Origin: an uncultured Dehalococcoidales bacterium
Lineage (GTDB): Bacteria > Chloroflexota > Dehalococcoidia > Dehalococcoidales > GCA-2688105
DNA length: 42,524 bases
NCBI GenBank assembly: GCA_964558705.1
Contig: CAZLFC010000002.1
Span: 1-42,524 of the forward strand
Direction of reading: 5' to 3'
The first letter of the stretch is position 1. Each line of letters starts with the position of its first letter. Positions 26,030-34,861 of this stretch are shown here, one piece after another. Below the pieces are notes generated by a model. That model was not told the origin of the DNA and made no database searches. It worked only from the letters and a program-made list of their open reading frames with translations. The translations under genes and the position numbers were made by a program.

Positions 26030-26838
26030 TATTCCTCCTGTAAACCAAGCAGAGCATCCAGCCCATAGACCAACCCCTGGCGCTTAACCACTTCCTTTAT
26101 CGCCAATATTATGCCCGGCATATAGCATTCTCGACTAATAGTATCATGGCGTATCGTCAGTGTTTGGCCGGCTGCGCCCAGGATTACCTCCTGATGCGCC
26201 AGAAGCCCGGGCAGACGGACACTATGAATCGAAACGCCTTCCACCAGCTCTCCACGACTGGGAGCAGACTTTTCTCTCTCCGGCGGACAGGAGAACGGTT
26301 TACCTCTGGCTATGGCCATTGCCCTGGCTGTAGATAGGGCGGTGCCTGAAGGCGCATCAGCCTTGTAGGGATGATGCAGCTCTATTATTTCGGCATAGTC
26401 CATATACCTGGCAGCCACCCTGGCTAAATGCATCATTATAACTGCTCCCAGGGCAAAATTAGAGGCTACCACCGCTCCCACCTTATGAGCTTTAGACAAC
26501 TGGTCTATCTCACTAAGGTCTCCAGCGTTTAAACCGGTAGTTCCTATTACCAGATGAACCCCATACTTGGCGGCCAGACGCACGGCCGGCATAGTAGCTT
26601 GAGCAATAGTGAAATCTACCAGTACATCAGGCTGGCAACTGGTAAGGATATAGTCCAGGTTAGAGGAAAATGGCACCGCCGTTTCACAGCAATCAGGTAG
26701 AGGCAGGTAGAACTCGCTGGAAACCTCTTTTTCAGCGGCACCCACCACTTCTGTTTCAGGCTCACAGCACAGGGCTCTGACTATCTCTCGCCCCATTTTA
26801 CCTGAGGCGCCGTTAACCACTACCCTTATTGTCTCCAT
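26029..26838 (-). CDS. dapB: 4-hydroxy-tetrahydrodipicolinate reductase
   Basis: VNGASGKMGRE, GTTG, and the EIIELHHPYKADAPSGTA signature. Confidence 0.93.
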   Translation of the reverse strand: METIRVVVNGASGKMGREIVRALCCEPETEVVGAAEKEVSSEFYLPLPDCCETAVPFSSNLDYILTSCQPDVLVDFTIAQATMPAVRLAAKYGVHLVIGTTGLNAGDLSEIDQLSKAHKVGAVVASNFALGAVIMMHLARVAARYMDYAEIIELHHPYKADAPSGTALSTARAMAIARGKPFSCPPEREKSAPSRGELVEGVSIHSVRLPGLLAHQEVILGAAGQTLTIRHDTISRECYMPGIILAIKEVVKRQGLVYGLDALLGLQEE

Positions 26839-26841
26839 AGC

Positions 26842-29034
26842 CTATCTCCTTCTATCGGGAGAACGCCTTGGTGGACGTGAGGAACGAGTATCACGTTGCT
26901 TTCTAAACGTGTGGTCTGGAGATAACGTCTTTCCTTGTTCCCCTCCAACCTGAGAAGCCTTATCAAACACGGCCCGCCGTGATAAGTTTATCCTGCCGAG
27001 ACTATCAATTTCAGTTACTTTGACCGTAATCTCATCGCCAAACTTCACTTCATCTTCAACCTTTTCTACCCGATAGTCAGCCAGTTCACTGATATGCACC
27101 AGTCCCTCTTTGCCGGGAAGTATCTCTACAAACGCACCGAAGTTCACTATCCGCGTCACCTTCCCGGTATAGATACTGCCAACCTCCACATCTCTAGTCA
27201 GACCCTCTATGATTTCGATGGCTTTACGAGCCGACTCCTCATCAGGTGAGCCGATAAGTACCTTGCCATCATTATCAATATCAACAGTGGCTTTAGTGGC
27301 ATCAACAATTGACCTGATGGTTTTACCTCCGGGGCCAATTACCGTGCCAATCTTATCCGGGTCAATCATTATTTTATGCATTCGCGGTGCATAGCGACTG
27401 ACCTCAGGTCGACTTGAACCGATGGCTTTCTGCATTTCCCCCAAGATAAACAGGCGAGCTTCTTTAGCCTGAATTAGAGCCTTCTCTAGAATCTCCGGAC
27501 TTAAACCCTTGACCTTAATATCCATCTGTAAAGCAGTGGTACCCTCAGTAGTACCAGCTACCTTAAAATCCATGTCGCCGTAAGCATCTTCTATACCCTC
27601 AATATCGGTTAAGACAGCACACTTACCATCATCCCCGGTAACCAGGCCCATAGCTATCCCGGCCACAGCTCTTTTTATCGGTATCCCGGCATCCATCAGC
27701 GACAAACTTGAAGCACAAACACTAGCCATAGAGGTACTGCCGCTGGAGCTAAGCACCTCAGAAACCAGACGAATGGTATAAGGGAAATCCTCGTCTTGAG
27801 GCAGCACCGGCTGGATAGCCCGCTCCGCCAAAGCACCATGCCCAATCTCACGGCGTCCGGTTCCCCCGATACGCTTCACTTCACCCGTCGAGAAGGGCGG
27901 GAAATTATAGTGGTGCATGAAACGCTTGGATTCCTCTATGCCCAGGCCATCAAGCTGTTGCTCCTTCCGTATAGAGCCCAGAGTGGTAATGGTCAGAACC
28001 TGTGTCTGCCCACGAGCAAACATTCCCGACCCGTGTGTACGGGGTAAGAGCCCCACTTCACAGCTAATGGGTCTAACCTCCGTAAGGCCACGACCGCCGA
28101 GACGCTGTGACCTGTCCAGGATATTAGACCTTAATTCAGCCTTAACCTTTGACTCAAAAGCATAAAGTATATCCTCTTCAGGAAACGAATCCTTAAGACT
28201 CTCGACAAGCTTCTCCTGAAGGTCGCCGAGTATTTTTTCACGCTCCGACTTTTCCGATTTACCCAAGGCCTGAGATATCTTCTCATTAACATCCGGCGTA
28301 ATCGCGGCGCCTATCTCAGGGTTAGCCTCATAGCTCGGGGCATCTACCTTAGGTTTGCCACAAGCCTGCTGAAGCTCCTCCTGAACCTTGATAATATCCT
28401 GGTTTGCCTCATGGCCAAATTTAATTGCCTGAAGAACAATATCCTCGGAAACCTCCCGACCTCCGGCTTCCAGCATCACCACCGCCTGTTTGGTGCTAAC
28501 CACAACGAGGTCAAACAGGCTATCTTCCAGCTGGGCTAATCTCGGATTCACGACCAGCTCACCATCAATATAGCCAATATGAACCGCACCTACGGGACCG
28601 GCAAAGGGCACCTCTGACATTGATAAAGCGGCTGAACTGCCGATAACCGCCAGAATGTCAGGGTCGCTTTCCATATCCACAGAAAGGACCGTGATTATAA
28701 CTTGAATATCTTTACGCCAAGCCTTGGGTAACAGCGAACGCAATGGACGGTCGGTAAGCCGACTGGCCAGCGTCGCTTCTTCACTGGGGCGTCCTTCTCG
28801 TCTGATAAAACCACCGGGAATCTTGCCGGCGGCATATAGTCTTTCTTCATAATCAATGGTTAGCGGTAGAAAATCCACCCCCTCCCGCGGCTTATCGCTA
28901 ACACAAGCCGTAACCAGAACAACGGTCTCACCATAGCGGACCGTTACCGCGGCATCAGCCTGACCGGCGAACTTTCCCGTCTCTACAGTGAGAGTTCTAC
29001 CCCCAACTTCACATTCAAAATAAAATGATTCCAT
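26842..29034 (-). CDS. pnp: Polyribonucleotide nucleotidyltransferase (PNPase)
   Basis: Two RNase PH domains, KH (GPGGKTIRSI) and S1 (GKVTRIVNFGAFVEI) domains. I preferred ATG 29034 (MESFYFE...) with a GGAAAGG RBS over the track's start at 29070, which would overlap rpsO. Confidence 0.95.
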   Translation of the reverse strand: MESFYFECEVGGRTLTVETGKFAGQADAAVTVRYGETVVLVTACVSDKPREGVDFLPLTIDYEERLYAAGKIPGGFIRREGRPSEEATLASRLTDRPLRSLLPKAWRKDIQVIITVLSVDMESDPDILAVIGSSAALSMSEVPFAGPVGAVHIGYIDGELVVNPRLAQLEDSLFDLVVVSTKQAVVMLEAGGREVSEDIVLQAIKFGHEANQDIIKVQEELQQACGKPKVDAPSYEANPEIGAAITPDVNEKISQALGKSEKSEREKILGDLQEKLVESLKDSFPEEDILYAFESKVKAELRSNILDRSQRLGGRGLTEVRPISCEVGLLPRTHGSGMFARGQTQVLTITTLGSIRKEQQLDGLGIEESKRFMHHYNFPPFSTGEVKRIGGTGRREIGHGALAERAIQPVLPQDEDFPYTIRLVSEVLSSSGSTSMASVCASSLSLMDAGIPIKRAVAGIAMGLVTGDDGKCAVLTDIEGIEDAYGDMDFKVAGTTEGTTALQMDIKVKGLSPEILEKALIQAKEARLFILGEMQKAIGSSRPEVSRYAPRMHKIMIDPDKIGTVIGPGGKTIRSIVDATKATVDIDNDGKVLIGSPDEESARKAIEIIEGLTRDVEVGSIYTGKVTRIVNFGAFVEILPGKEGLVHISELADYRVEKVEDEVKFGDEITVKVTEIDSLGRINLSRRAVFDKASQVGGEQGKTLSPDHTFRKQRDTRSSRPPRRSPDRRR

Positions 29035-29053
29035 TATTACCTTTCCTATAACC

Positions 29054-29317
29054 TTATTTACGCAGACCAAGCCTGGATATCAGGCTGTGATACCGACTTA
29101 AATCCTGCTTGCTCAGGTAAGCCAGCAGTCTTCTTCTCTGCCCGACAAGCTTGAGCAAACCGCGCTGCGTGTGGTAATCATGCCGATTAGCCGCCATATG
29201 CCCGGTTAACTGGCTTATCCTATCGGTCAGCAGTGCCACCTGAACCTCGGTCGAGCCGGTATCCCCTTTCTTGGCACCAAACTTGCTTATAGTATCTGCT
29301 TTTTTTTCTTTATCCAA
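29054..29317 (-). CDS. rpsO: 30S ribosomal protein S15
   Basis: [48 protein letters not shown] is the classic S15 sequence. TTG start with AGAGGAG 6 nt upstream. Confidence 0.95.
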   Translation of the reverse strand: MDKEKKADTISKFGAKKGDTGSTEVQVALLTDRISQLTGHMAANRHDYHTQRGLLKLVGQRRRLLAYLSKQDLSRYHSLISRLGLRK

Positions 29318-29357
29318 ATTTTGCTCCTCTGTTCATTAACTGCCTTGTCAAAAAACA

Positions 29358-29385
29358 AGTATAACATAAGTCATAATAACTGTAA
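29358..29385 (-). promoter_or_regulatory. Candidate rpsO-pnp promoter
   Basis: Read on the minus strand: TTACAG (29385-29380), 16-nt spacer, TATACT (29363-29358). The -35 lies inside a perfect 14-bp palindrome. Confidence 0.4.
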
Positions 29386-29410
29386 ATTTACAGTCGTCGT
29401 CCCCGCCACC

Positions 29411-29439
29411 TTGACTTACCAAATTACAGGTTGTATAGT
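29411..29439 (+). promoter_or_regulatory. Candidate promoter for the DUF503/helicase genes
   Basis: TTGACT (29411-29416), 17-nt spacer, TATAGT (29434-29439). It would give a leader of about 140 nt before ATG 29583. Confidence 0.5.
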
Positions 29440-29582
29440 TGATTCCACACCAGATACCTGAAATTCAGCCAAGAAGACATTAAGGAAGCTGCCCTATCCC
29501 CTATTTATGTTCTCCCTGTCTCCAGGTAGCAATGTTAAAAACCTGAGGTCGATTTATTTAGCAGTCGGCAAGCAGATATGTC

Positions 29583-29876
29583 ATGAATGTTGGGGTATGT
29601 AAGATTAAACTTCGCTTACCTGAAAACCAATCCCTCAAGGGTAAGAGACAGGTTCTGAAATCTATTATTTCCCGAGTCGACAACAAATTCAATGTTTCCG
29701 TGGCTGAGGTTGACGACCAGGACCTGTGGCAGGTGGCTACGCTGGGGATATGTTACGTAAGTAATGACCGGCGACACGCCGATGAAGTCCTGTCAAAAGC
29801 AGCCGCATTCGTGGTTAACGGCCGCTTTGACGTCGAGGTACTTGACTATGAAATCGAAATTATATCTGTCTTTTAG
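29583..29876 (+). CDS. DUF503-family protein (YlxP-like)
   Basis: MNVGVCKIKLRLPENQSLKGKRQVLKSIISRV matches the DUF503 N-terminal pattern as I recall it. Confidence 0.8.
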   Translation: MNVGVCKIKLRLPENQSLKGKRQVLKSIISRVDNKFNVSVAEVDDQDLWQVATLGICYVSNDRRHADEVLSKAAAFVVNGRFDVEVLDYEIEIISVF

Positions 29877-29921
29877 TGCTCAAACCGACTTATCTTTCCC
29901 AAAATAATCTGACGGAGCGTA

Positions 29922-32207
29922 ATGAATACCTCAGTCTTCCTGCAACATCTTACCACTCAGCCCGCTTATAATGGCCAGATAGTCCATACCGAGCATATTC
30001 CACCTCGTGACGCCAGCTACGGCGAGCTAGATAAGCCCCTGATTAAAGAACTGCAAGACTGCCTCAACAGGCAGGGACTGCTGCCTCTCTATACTCACCA
30101 GGCCGCGGCGGTGAATAAAGCCCGGCAGGGCAAGAATGTGATGGTGGCGACCTCCAGTGCCAGCGGCAAGACCCTGTGCTATAACATTCCAGTAATGGAG
30201 TCAATCTTAACCGATAAGGTTAGCCGCGCCCTTTACCTTTTCCCAACCAAAGCCCTAGCTCAGGACCAGCTACGGACTTTGCAGGAGCTATTTTGCCCCC
30301 GCCTGTGCCATACCGGGGAATTTGCCACCTTTGACGGCGATACGCCTCAAATTGAGCGCGCCGAAATCAGGAAGCAAGCCCGGATAATATTGACCAATCC
30401 CGATATGTTACACCTCGGTATACTGCCCAACCACCAATCCTGGTCGCGGCTGCTACGAAACCTGAAATATGTGGTAGTAGACGAAGCCCACACTTACCGG
30501 GGCGTCTTCGGCTCTCATGTCGCCGGTGTGCTGCGTCGTCTGCGCCGTTTGTGCCAGCTCTACGGCTCAAACCCCCGGTTCATTCTCAGTTCGGCTACCC
30601 TGGCTAACCCGGGTGAGCTTGCGGAAAGACTGACCGGCTTACCCTTTGACACAATCGATAATGACGGTTCTCCCTACGGGGGCAAAGATTTTATCTTCTG
30701 GAATCCACCCCTTATAGACGAGGCGAAGAGTGTGCGGCACAGTGCCAACAGCGAAGCCACCAATATATTTACCGAGCTGGTGAGTAATAACATCCGCACT
30801 TTGACCTTCGCCCGCACCCGCCGTCTGACCGAGCTTATTTACACCTACTCATCACGAAAACTAGCCGAAACCAGCCCAGCCCTGGCGAAAAGAATCAAGC
30901 CTTACCGCGCCGGCTATCTCCCCGAGGAGCGGCGCCGGATAGAGCAGGAACTGTTTTCCGGGCAACTGCTGGGGGCGGTAGCCACCACCGCCCTGGAACT
31001 GGGCATCGATATCGGCGACCTTGAGGCAACGGTGCTGACCGGCTACCCGGGCAGCATCGCCAGCACCTGGCAGCAGGCGGGCAGGAGCGGCCGGAGACAG
31101 GAGCAATCGCTCAGCTTCCTCATCGGTCTGGACAATCCGCTTGACCAGTATTTCATGCGCCATCCCGACTTTTTCTTTCAGCACAGCTTTGAGAACGCCC
31201 TGGTCAACCCCGACAATCCCTACATTTTAAGAGCGCACCTGATGTGTGCCGCTTGGGAATCGCCGCTGACTGAGACCGACGAGGCAGTCTTTGGTGCCGC
31301 CTCCATCCCGGAAAGAACCGAACTGGAGCAACAGGGCTTGCTCAAGGAACGCCGACAAAAGTGGTATTTATCGCCGGCCATTGCTTATCCCGCCCAGGCC
31401 ATCAATATCCGTTCCACTTCAGGAGAAAACTTTGCCCTCATTGATACCTCAACAGGTTCCCTGCTGGAAACTATAGAGGCAGACACAGCCTTTTTTCAAA
31501 TACATCCCGGCGCCATCTACCTCCACCAGGGAGAGGCATACCTGGTTACCGAACTCGACCTGGCCAGCCACACCGCCTATGCCGAGCCTGCCACGGCGAC
31601 ATACTATACCCAGACGAAGGACCTTACCGACCTGCGCATTGTTAAAGTCGTCCGGAGCAAAAGCCTCGGTCAGACCAAGGTACACCTGGGCGAGGTAGAG
31701 GTTACTACCACTGTAGTCGGCTTCAAAAAAAAGGCTCAATTTACCGAGGCGGTAATCGGCGAGGAGCCCCTCGACTTACCCCCCCAGCGTTTCTTTACGA
31801 TTGCACTCTGGTTTGATATACCGGAGCCAGCCGTCAACCGAATAGTCAAAGAGCAACTGGACTTTGCCGGCGGACTGCACGCCGCCGAGCACGCTGCCAT
31901 CGCTATGCTGCCCCTTTTCGCCCTCTGCGACCGCAATGATATCGGCGGAGTATCCACCCCCCTCCACGCCGACACCGGCAGAGCGCAGATATTTATCTAC
32001 GACGCCCACCCCGGCGGGGTCGGCATTGCCGAGAAGGGATTTGACCTGATAAAGGAACTGTGGCAAAATACACTGAAGACAATCATCGAGTGCCCGTGCC
32101 AGGAAGGATGTCCCAGCTGTATACAATCGCCCAAGTGCGGCAACAACAATAAACCTCTGGATAAAAAGGCAGCCCGGCTACTGTTGCAGGGGCTGCTGAC
32201 TTACTGA
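29922..32207 (+). CDS. YprA/MrfA-family DEAD/DEAH-box helicase with a C-terminal DUF1998 (four-Cys) domain
   Basis: Motif I TSSASGKTLCY, motif II VVVDEAHTYRG, motif VI QQAGRSGRR, and C-terminal CPCQEGCPSCIQSPKCGNNN. Confidence 0.88.
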   Translation: MNTSVFLQHLTTQPAYNGQIVHTEHIPPRDASYGELDKPLIKELQDCLNRQGLLPLYTHQAAAVNKARQGKNVMVATSSASGKTLCYNIPVMESILTDKVSRALYLFPTKALAQDQLRTLQELFCPRLCHTGEFATFDGDTPQIERAEIRKQARIILTNPDMLHLGILPNHQSWSRLLRNLKYVVVDEAHTYRGVFGSHVAGVLRRLRRLCQLYGSNPRFILSSATLANPGELAERLTGLPFDTIDNDGSPYGGKDFIFWNPPLIDEAKSVRHSANSEATNIFTELVSNNIRTLTFARTRRLTELIYTYSSRKLAETSPALAKRIKPYRAGYLPEERRRIEQELFSGQLLGAVATTALELGIDIGDLEATVLTGYPGSIASTWQQAGRSGRRQEQSLSFLIGLDNPLDQYFMRHPDFFFQHSFENALVNPDNPYILRAHLMCAAWESPLTETDEAVFGAASIPERTELEQQGLLKERRQKWYLSPAIAYPAQAINIRSTSGENFALIDTSTGSLLETIEADTAFFQIHPGAIYLHQGEAYLVTELDLASHTAYAEPATATYYTQTKDLTDLRIVKVVRSKSLGQTKVHLGEVEVTTTVVGFKKKAQFTEAVIGEEPLDLPPQRFFTIALWFDIPEPAVNRIVKEQLDFAGGLHAAEHAAIAMLPLFALCDRNDIGGVSTPLHADTGRAQIFIYDAHPGGVGIAEKGFDLIKELWQNTLKTIIECPCQEGCPSCIQSPKCGNNNKPLDKKAARLLLQGLLTY

Positions 32208-32250
32208 TTAGCGGCATATCATTTAAATGCCCCGGTTTGGAGGAGGAATA

Positions 32251-33042
32251 GTGATTGAAATAGGCATCAACCCGGTAGCCTTCAGCATAGGCGCCGCCGA
32301 AGTGAGATGGTACGGCATCTTTGTCGCCCTGGCGGTGCTGACCATAGTCCTGTGGATGATAAGACAGCACCGGAAGGGGGCTAAGCTCTCTCCTGACGGT
32401 ATGCTCAATGCCGGACTGGTTGCTATCCCGTCCGGGGTGATAGTATCACGACTGCTCCATGTTGCCGATAGATGGGACTACTACAGCCAGTACCCCGGAC
32501 AGATACTCGGCGCTTCCGGGCTGACCATCTACGGAGCTATTATCGGGGCTACCCTGGGCATCTGGATTTGCAGCAAGTTCAGTAAATTCAACTTCGGTTA
32601 CTTCGCCGATGTGATGGCACCCAGCATCATACTGGCCCAGGCGATAGGCCGGGTAGGCTGTACCATAAACGGCTGCTGCTATGGTATTGAAGCACCCGCC
32701 GGGCTACCGTGGAGCGTAATCTATACCCATCCCGCCAGCTTTGGCCCTATCGGGGTGGCAGTTCATCCCACGCAGGTCTATGAAATCATCTACTGCCTGA
32801 TAGTATTTGGGGTACTACTCGCGCTGAGAGGACGCCTTAAGCCCGACGGTTCACTGTTTATGGTATACCTCGGCCTGTACTCGGCATGGCGTGTCGGCAT
32901 TGGCTTCCTGCGCGAGGGCATGCCTTTACTCTTTAACCTGCACCAGGCACAGTTGTTAGGAATAATTGTACTGCTCGTCGTCGTCGCGCTGCTGGCTTAC
33001 CGGACGCGCTGGGTAAAAGCGGAGAGCCATCAGCAAGCCTAG
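32251..33042 (+). CDS. lgt: Prolipoprotein diacylglyceryl transferase
   Basis: INPVAFSIGAAEVRWYGIF, the GRVGC context, and HPTQVYE. I preferred GTG 32251, which follows GGAGGAGG, over the track's ATG 32227. Confidence 0.9.
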   Translation: MIEIGINPVAFSIGAAEVRWYGIFVALAVLTIVLWMIRQHRKGAKLSPDGMLNAGLVAIPSGVIVSRLLHVADRWDYYSQYPGQILGASGLTIYGAIIGATLGIWICSKFSKFNFGYFADVMAPSIILAQAIGRVGCTINGCCYGIEAPAGLPWSVIYTHPASFGPIGVAVHPTQVYEIIYCLIVFGVLLALRGRLKPDGSLFMVYLGLYSAWRVGIGFLREGMPLLFNLHQAQLLGIIVLLVVVALLAYRTRWVKAESHQQA

Positions 33043-34541
33043 ATGAACTTACCTTCCTTCAACTTGGTGCGGAGGTAGCCCATAAATTCTTCCGCTTTCT
33101 CCTGGGGTGGCCTGGTAGCCAGGCTGACAATGATGAAGAGCGGCAGGCAGACGACGATACCCCAGGTACCCGGCCACCAGCCCAGAGGCTTCCAGCCCGT
33201 TACCTGGAAAAGCAGGACGACAACAGCGCCCGCGATGCAACTGACAATTGCCCCCGTTGCCGTGGCTCTCTTCCAGAAAAAGGCACCGAATATAGTTGGC
33301 ACCACCATTAAGAGCCCTGCGGAAGCGGCCGAGGAAAGAGGCGCAATCATAAAGGCTAATCCGGTTTTCCCGGCAGCCCACCACTCAAACACACAGGCAA
33401 TAACCGCCATAATGGGAATAACCCATTTACCTACCCTGAGCTGCCTCGCCTCGGAAACATTGGGGTTAATAAGACCCTTGTGGATATCACGGGCCCACAT
33501 CGAGGAGAGGGTCAGCAGAATCGAATCGATAGTCGTAATAGCCGCCGCCGTAATACCTATCATAACGATTATAGCCAAAGCCATCGGTATAATCGGCAAA
33601 GCCAGCAAGGTAGGAGTAGCCAGGTCACCTTTCTCCAATCCGGGAACAAGCAGGTTGGCACTAAAACCCCATAATACGGATATCAGCGTATATATAAACC
33701 CGAAGATGAGGAAGCCCCCCAGCATCTGTTTCATGGCGGTGACTGATTTGGGTATGAAAAGTCGCTGGCTTACCTGAGGATTGGACACCAGGAAGAAAAA
33801 CCAGGGCAGGGACAGACCGATAAACATATTGATATTCCACGACCCGCTAGCAGCAGGCACCGTCAACAGGCCCGGTACAGCCGCCTCCAGTTTGCCAAAG
33901 AAAGCGCCAAATCCGCCCAGGTGAGTGATTACAACGCCCAAGACAGCCGCCGAAACGATAATCATAACTAACGCCTGAAAAGCGTCGGTCCAGGCAACAG
34001 AGCGCAGACCGGCAATGCTTGACCAGGCGATAGCGCACAGGACGGCGATTATAATCCCGGCGAATACGGGGATAGCCCCCTGGCTGACGCCACTCATCAG
34101 GAAACCGACGCCCATTAACTGAACCGCCGCATACGGCACCAGAAAAATGAGGGCTAATATGGCAGCCGTAGCCCCTACTGCCCGGCTCTGGTAGCGGTCG
34201 CTTAGAAGCTCCGCAGGAGAGACATAACCATACTTCTGCCCGGCTAACCAGAAGCGGGGCAGGAAGAAAACCATCATAAACATGCCGCAGAGATAAGTCA
34301 GCTCAAAACCCAGGGCACCGACTCCGCTGAAATAGGTCAAGCCGGCCAGACCAACCATCATAAAGGCACTGTAGGTGGTAGCGCTGTAGGTTAGAGCCGA
34401 CACGAAACTGCCCACCTTGCGGCCGGCCAGGAAAAACTCGCTTACCCCCGCCCCCAGCTGGCGCTTCGCCATCAGGGCAATAGCCAACCCGATAGCGATG
34501 TAGACAGCGATGCCAAACCAGACCCAGAAAACCGTGCTCAT
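33039..34541 (-). CDS. Sodium:solute symporter family (SSF) transporter
   Basis: About 13 TM segments with a typical SSF N-terminus (FLAGRKVG). I chose ATG 34541 (MSTVFWVW...), which forms an ATGA overlap with the upstream small gene. The track's longer N-terminus (to 34706) is Gly/Cys-rich junk overlapping that gene. Confidence 0.88.
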   Translation of the reverse strand: MSTVFWVWFGIAVYIAIGLAIALMAKRQLGAGVSEFFLAGRKVGSFVSALTYSATTYSAFMMVGLAGLTYFSGVGALGFELTYLCGMFMMVFFLPRFWLAGQKYGYVSPAELLSDRYQSRAVGATAAILALIFLVPYAAVQLMGVGFLMSGVSQGAIPVFAGIIIAVLCAIAWSSIAGLRSVAWTDAFQALVMIIVSAAVLGVVITHLGGFGAFFGKLEAAVPGLLTVPAASGSWNINMFIGLSLPWFFFLVSNPQVSQRLFIPKSVTAMKQMLGGFLIFGFIYTLISVLWGFSANLLVPGLEKGDLATPTLLALPIIPMALAIIVMIGITAAAITTIDSILLTLSSMWARDIHKGLINPNVSEARQLRVGKWVIPIMAVIACVFEWWAAGKTGLAFMIAPLSSAASAGLLMVVPTIFGAFFWKRATATGAIVSCIAGAVVVLLFQVTGWKPLGWWPGTWGIVVCLPLFIIVSLATRPPQEKAEEFMGYLRTKLKEGKFI

Positions 34542-34726
34542 CGCTGCACCTCCCGCCACCGGCGGAGAATAATGAAAACACTGGCAACAACCACCGCCGC
34601 CCATATCGTCCAGAACAGGAAGGCACCGCTCATTTTTTCGACATGACTGAGGACATACCAGGGAATAACCACATCCAGCGCCACCAGAAACCCCAGCCAA
34701 ACCCACGCCCAGGTAAATTTAGTCAT
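34538..34726 (-). CDS. Small 2-TM membrane protein, probable symporter accessory subunit (DUF3311-like)
   Basis: 62 aa with two hydrophobic helices. Translationally coupled (ATGA) to the SSF transporter gene. Confidence 0.65.
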   Translation of the reverse strand: MTKFTWAWVWLGFLVALDVVIPWYVLSHVEKMSGAFLFWTIWAAVVVASVFIILRRWREVQR

Positions 34727-34797
34727 ATCCGGTACTCCTTCGTCGCTTTATCAGGCTAACGGCTCGACAAAATCGGCTGTCTTAATAATCAGAGGCA

Positions 34798-34826
34798 ATT
34801 ATATACATTTCAATTACAAATAGCAA
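34798..34826 (-). promoter_or_regulatory. Candidate promoter for the small-subunit/SSF operon
   Basis: Read on the minus strand: TTGCTA (34826-34821), 17-nt spacer, TATAAT (34803-34798). Confidence 0.4.
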
Positions 34827-34861
34827 AAGTGAAAGGTAAAAAGAGGTGCCCCCTGCAAAGC

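Noticed and set aside
29380-29393. CTGT-N6-ACAG palindrome as a LexA/SOS box
   Set aside because: The E. coli-type box has CTGT-N8-ACAG spacing and the Gram-positive type is CGAAC-N4-GTTCG. Neither fits, and rpsO is not an expected SOS gene.
33130-33777. 215-aa plus-strand ORF
   Set aside because: It is antisense to the SSF transporter gene. Long antisense frames like this are a common by-product of hydrophobic membrane-protein coding sequence.
34542-34706. 55-aa Gly/Cys-rich N-terminal extension of the symporter ORF
   Set aside because: It overlaps the 62-aa small-subunit gene in another frame. ATG 34541 gives a canonical SSF N-terminus and an ATGA coupling.
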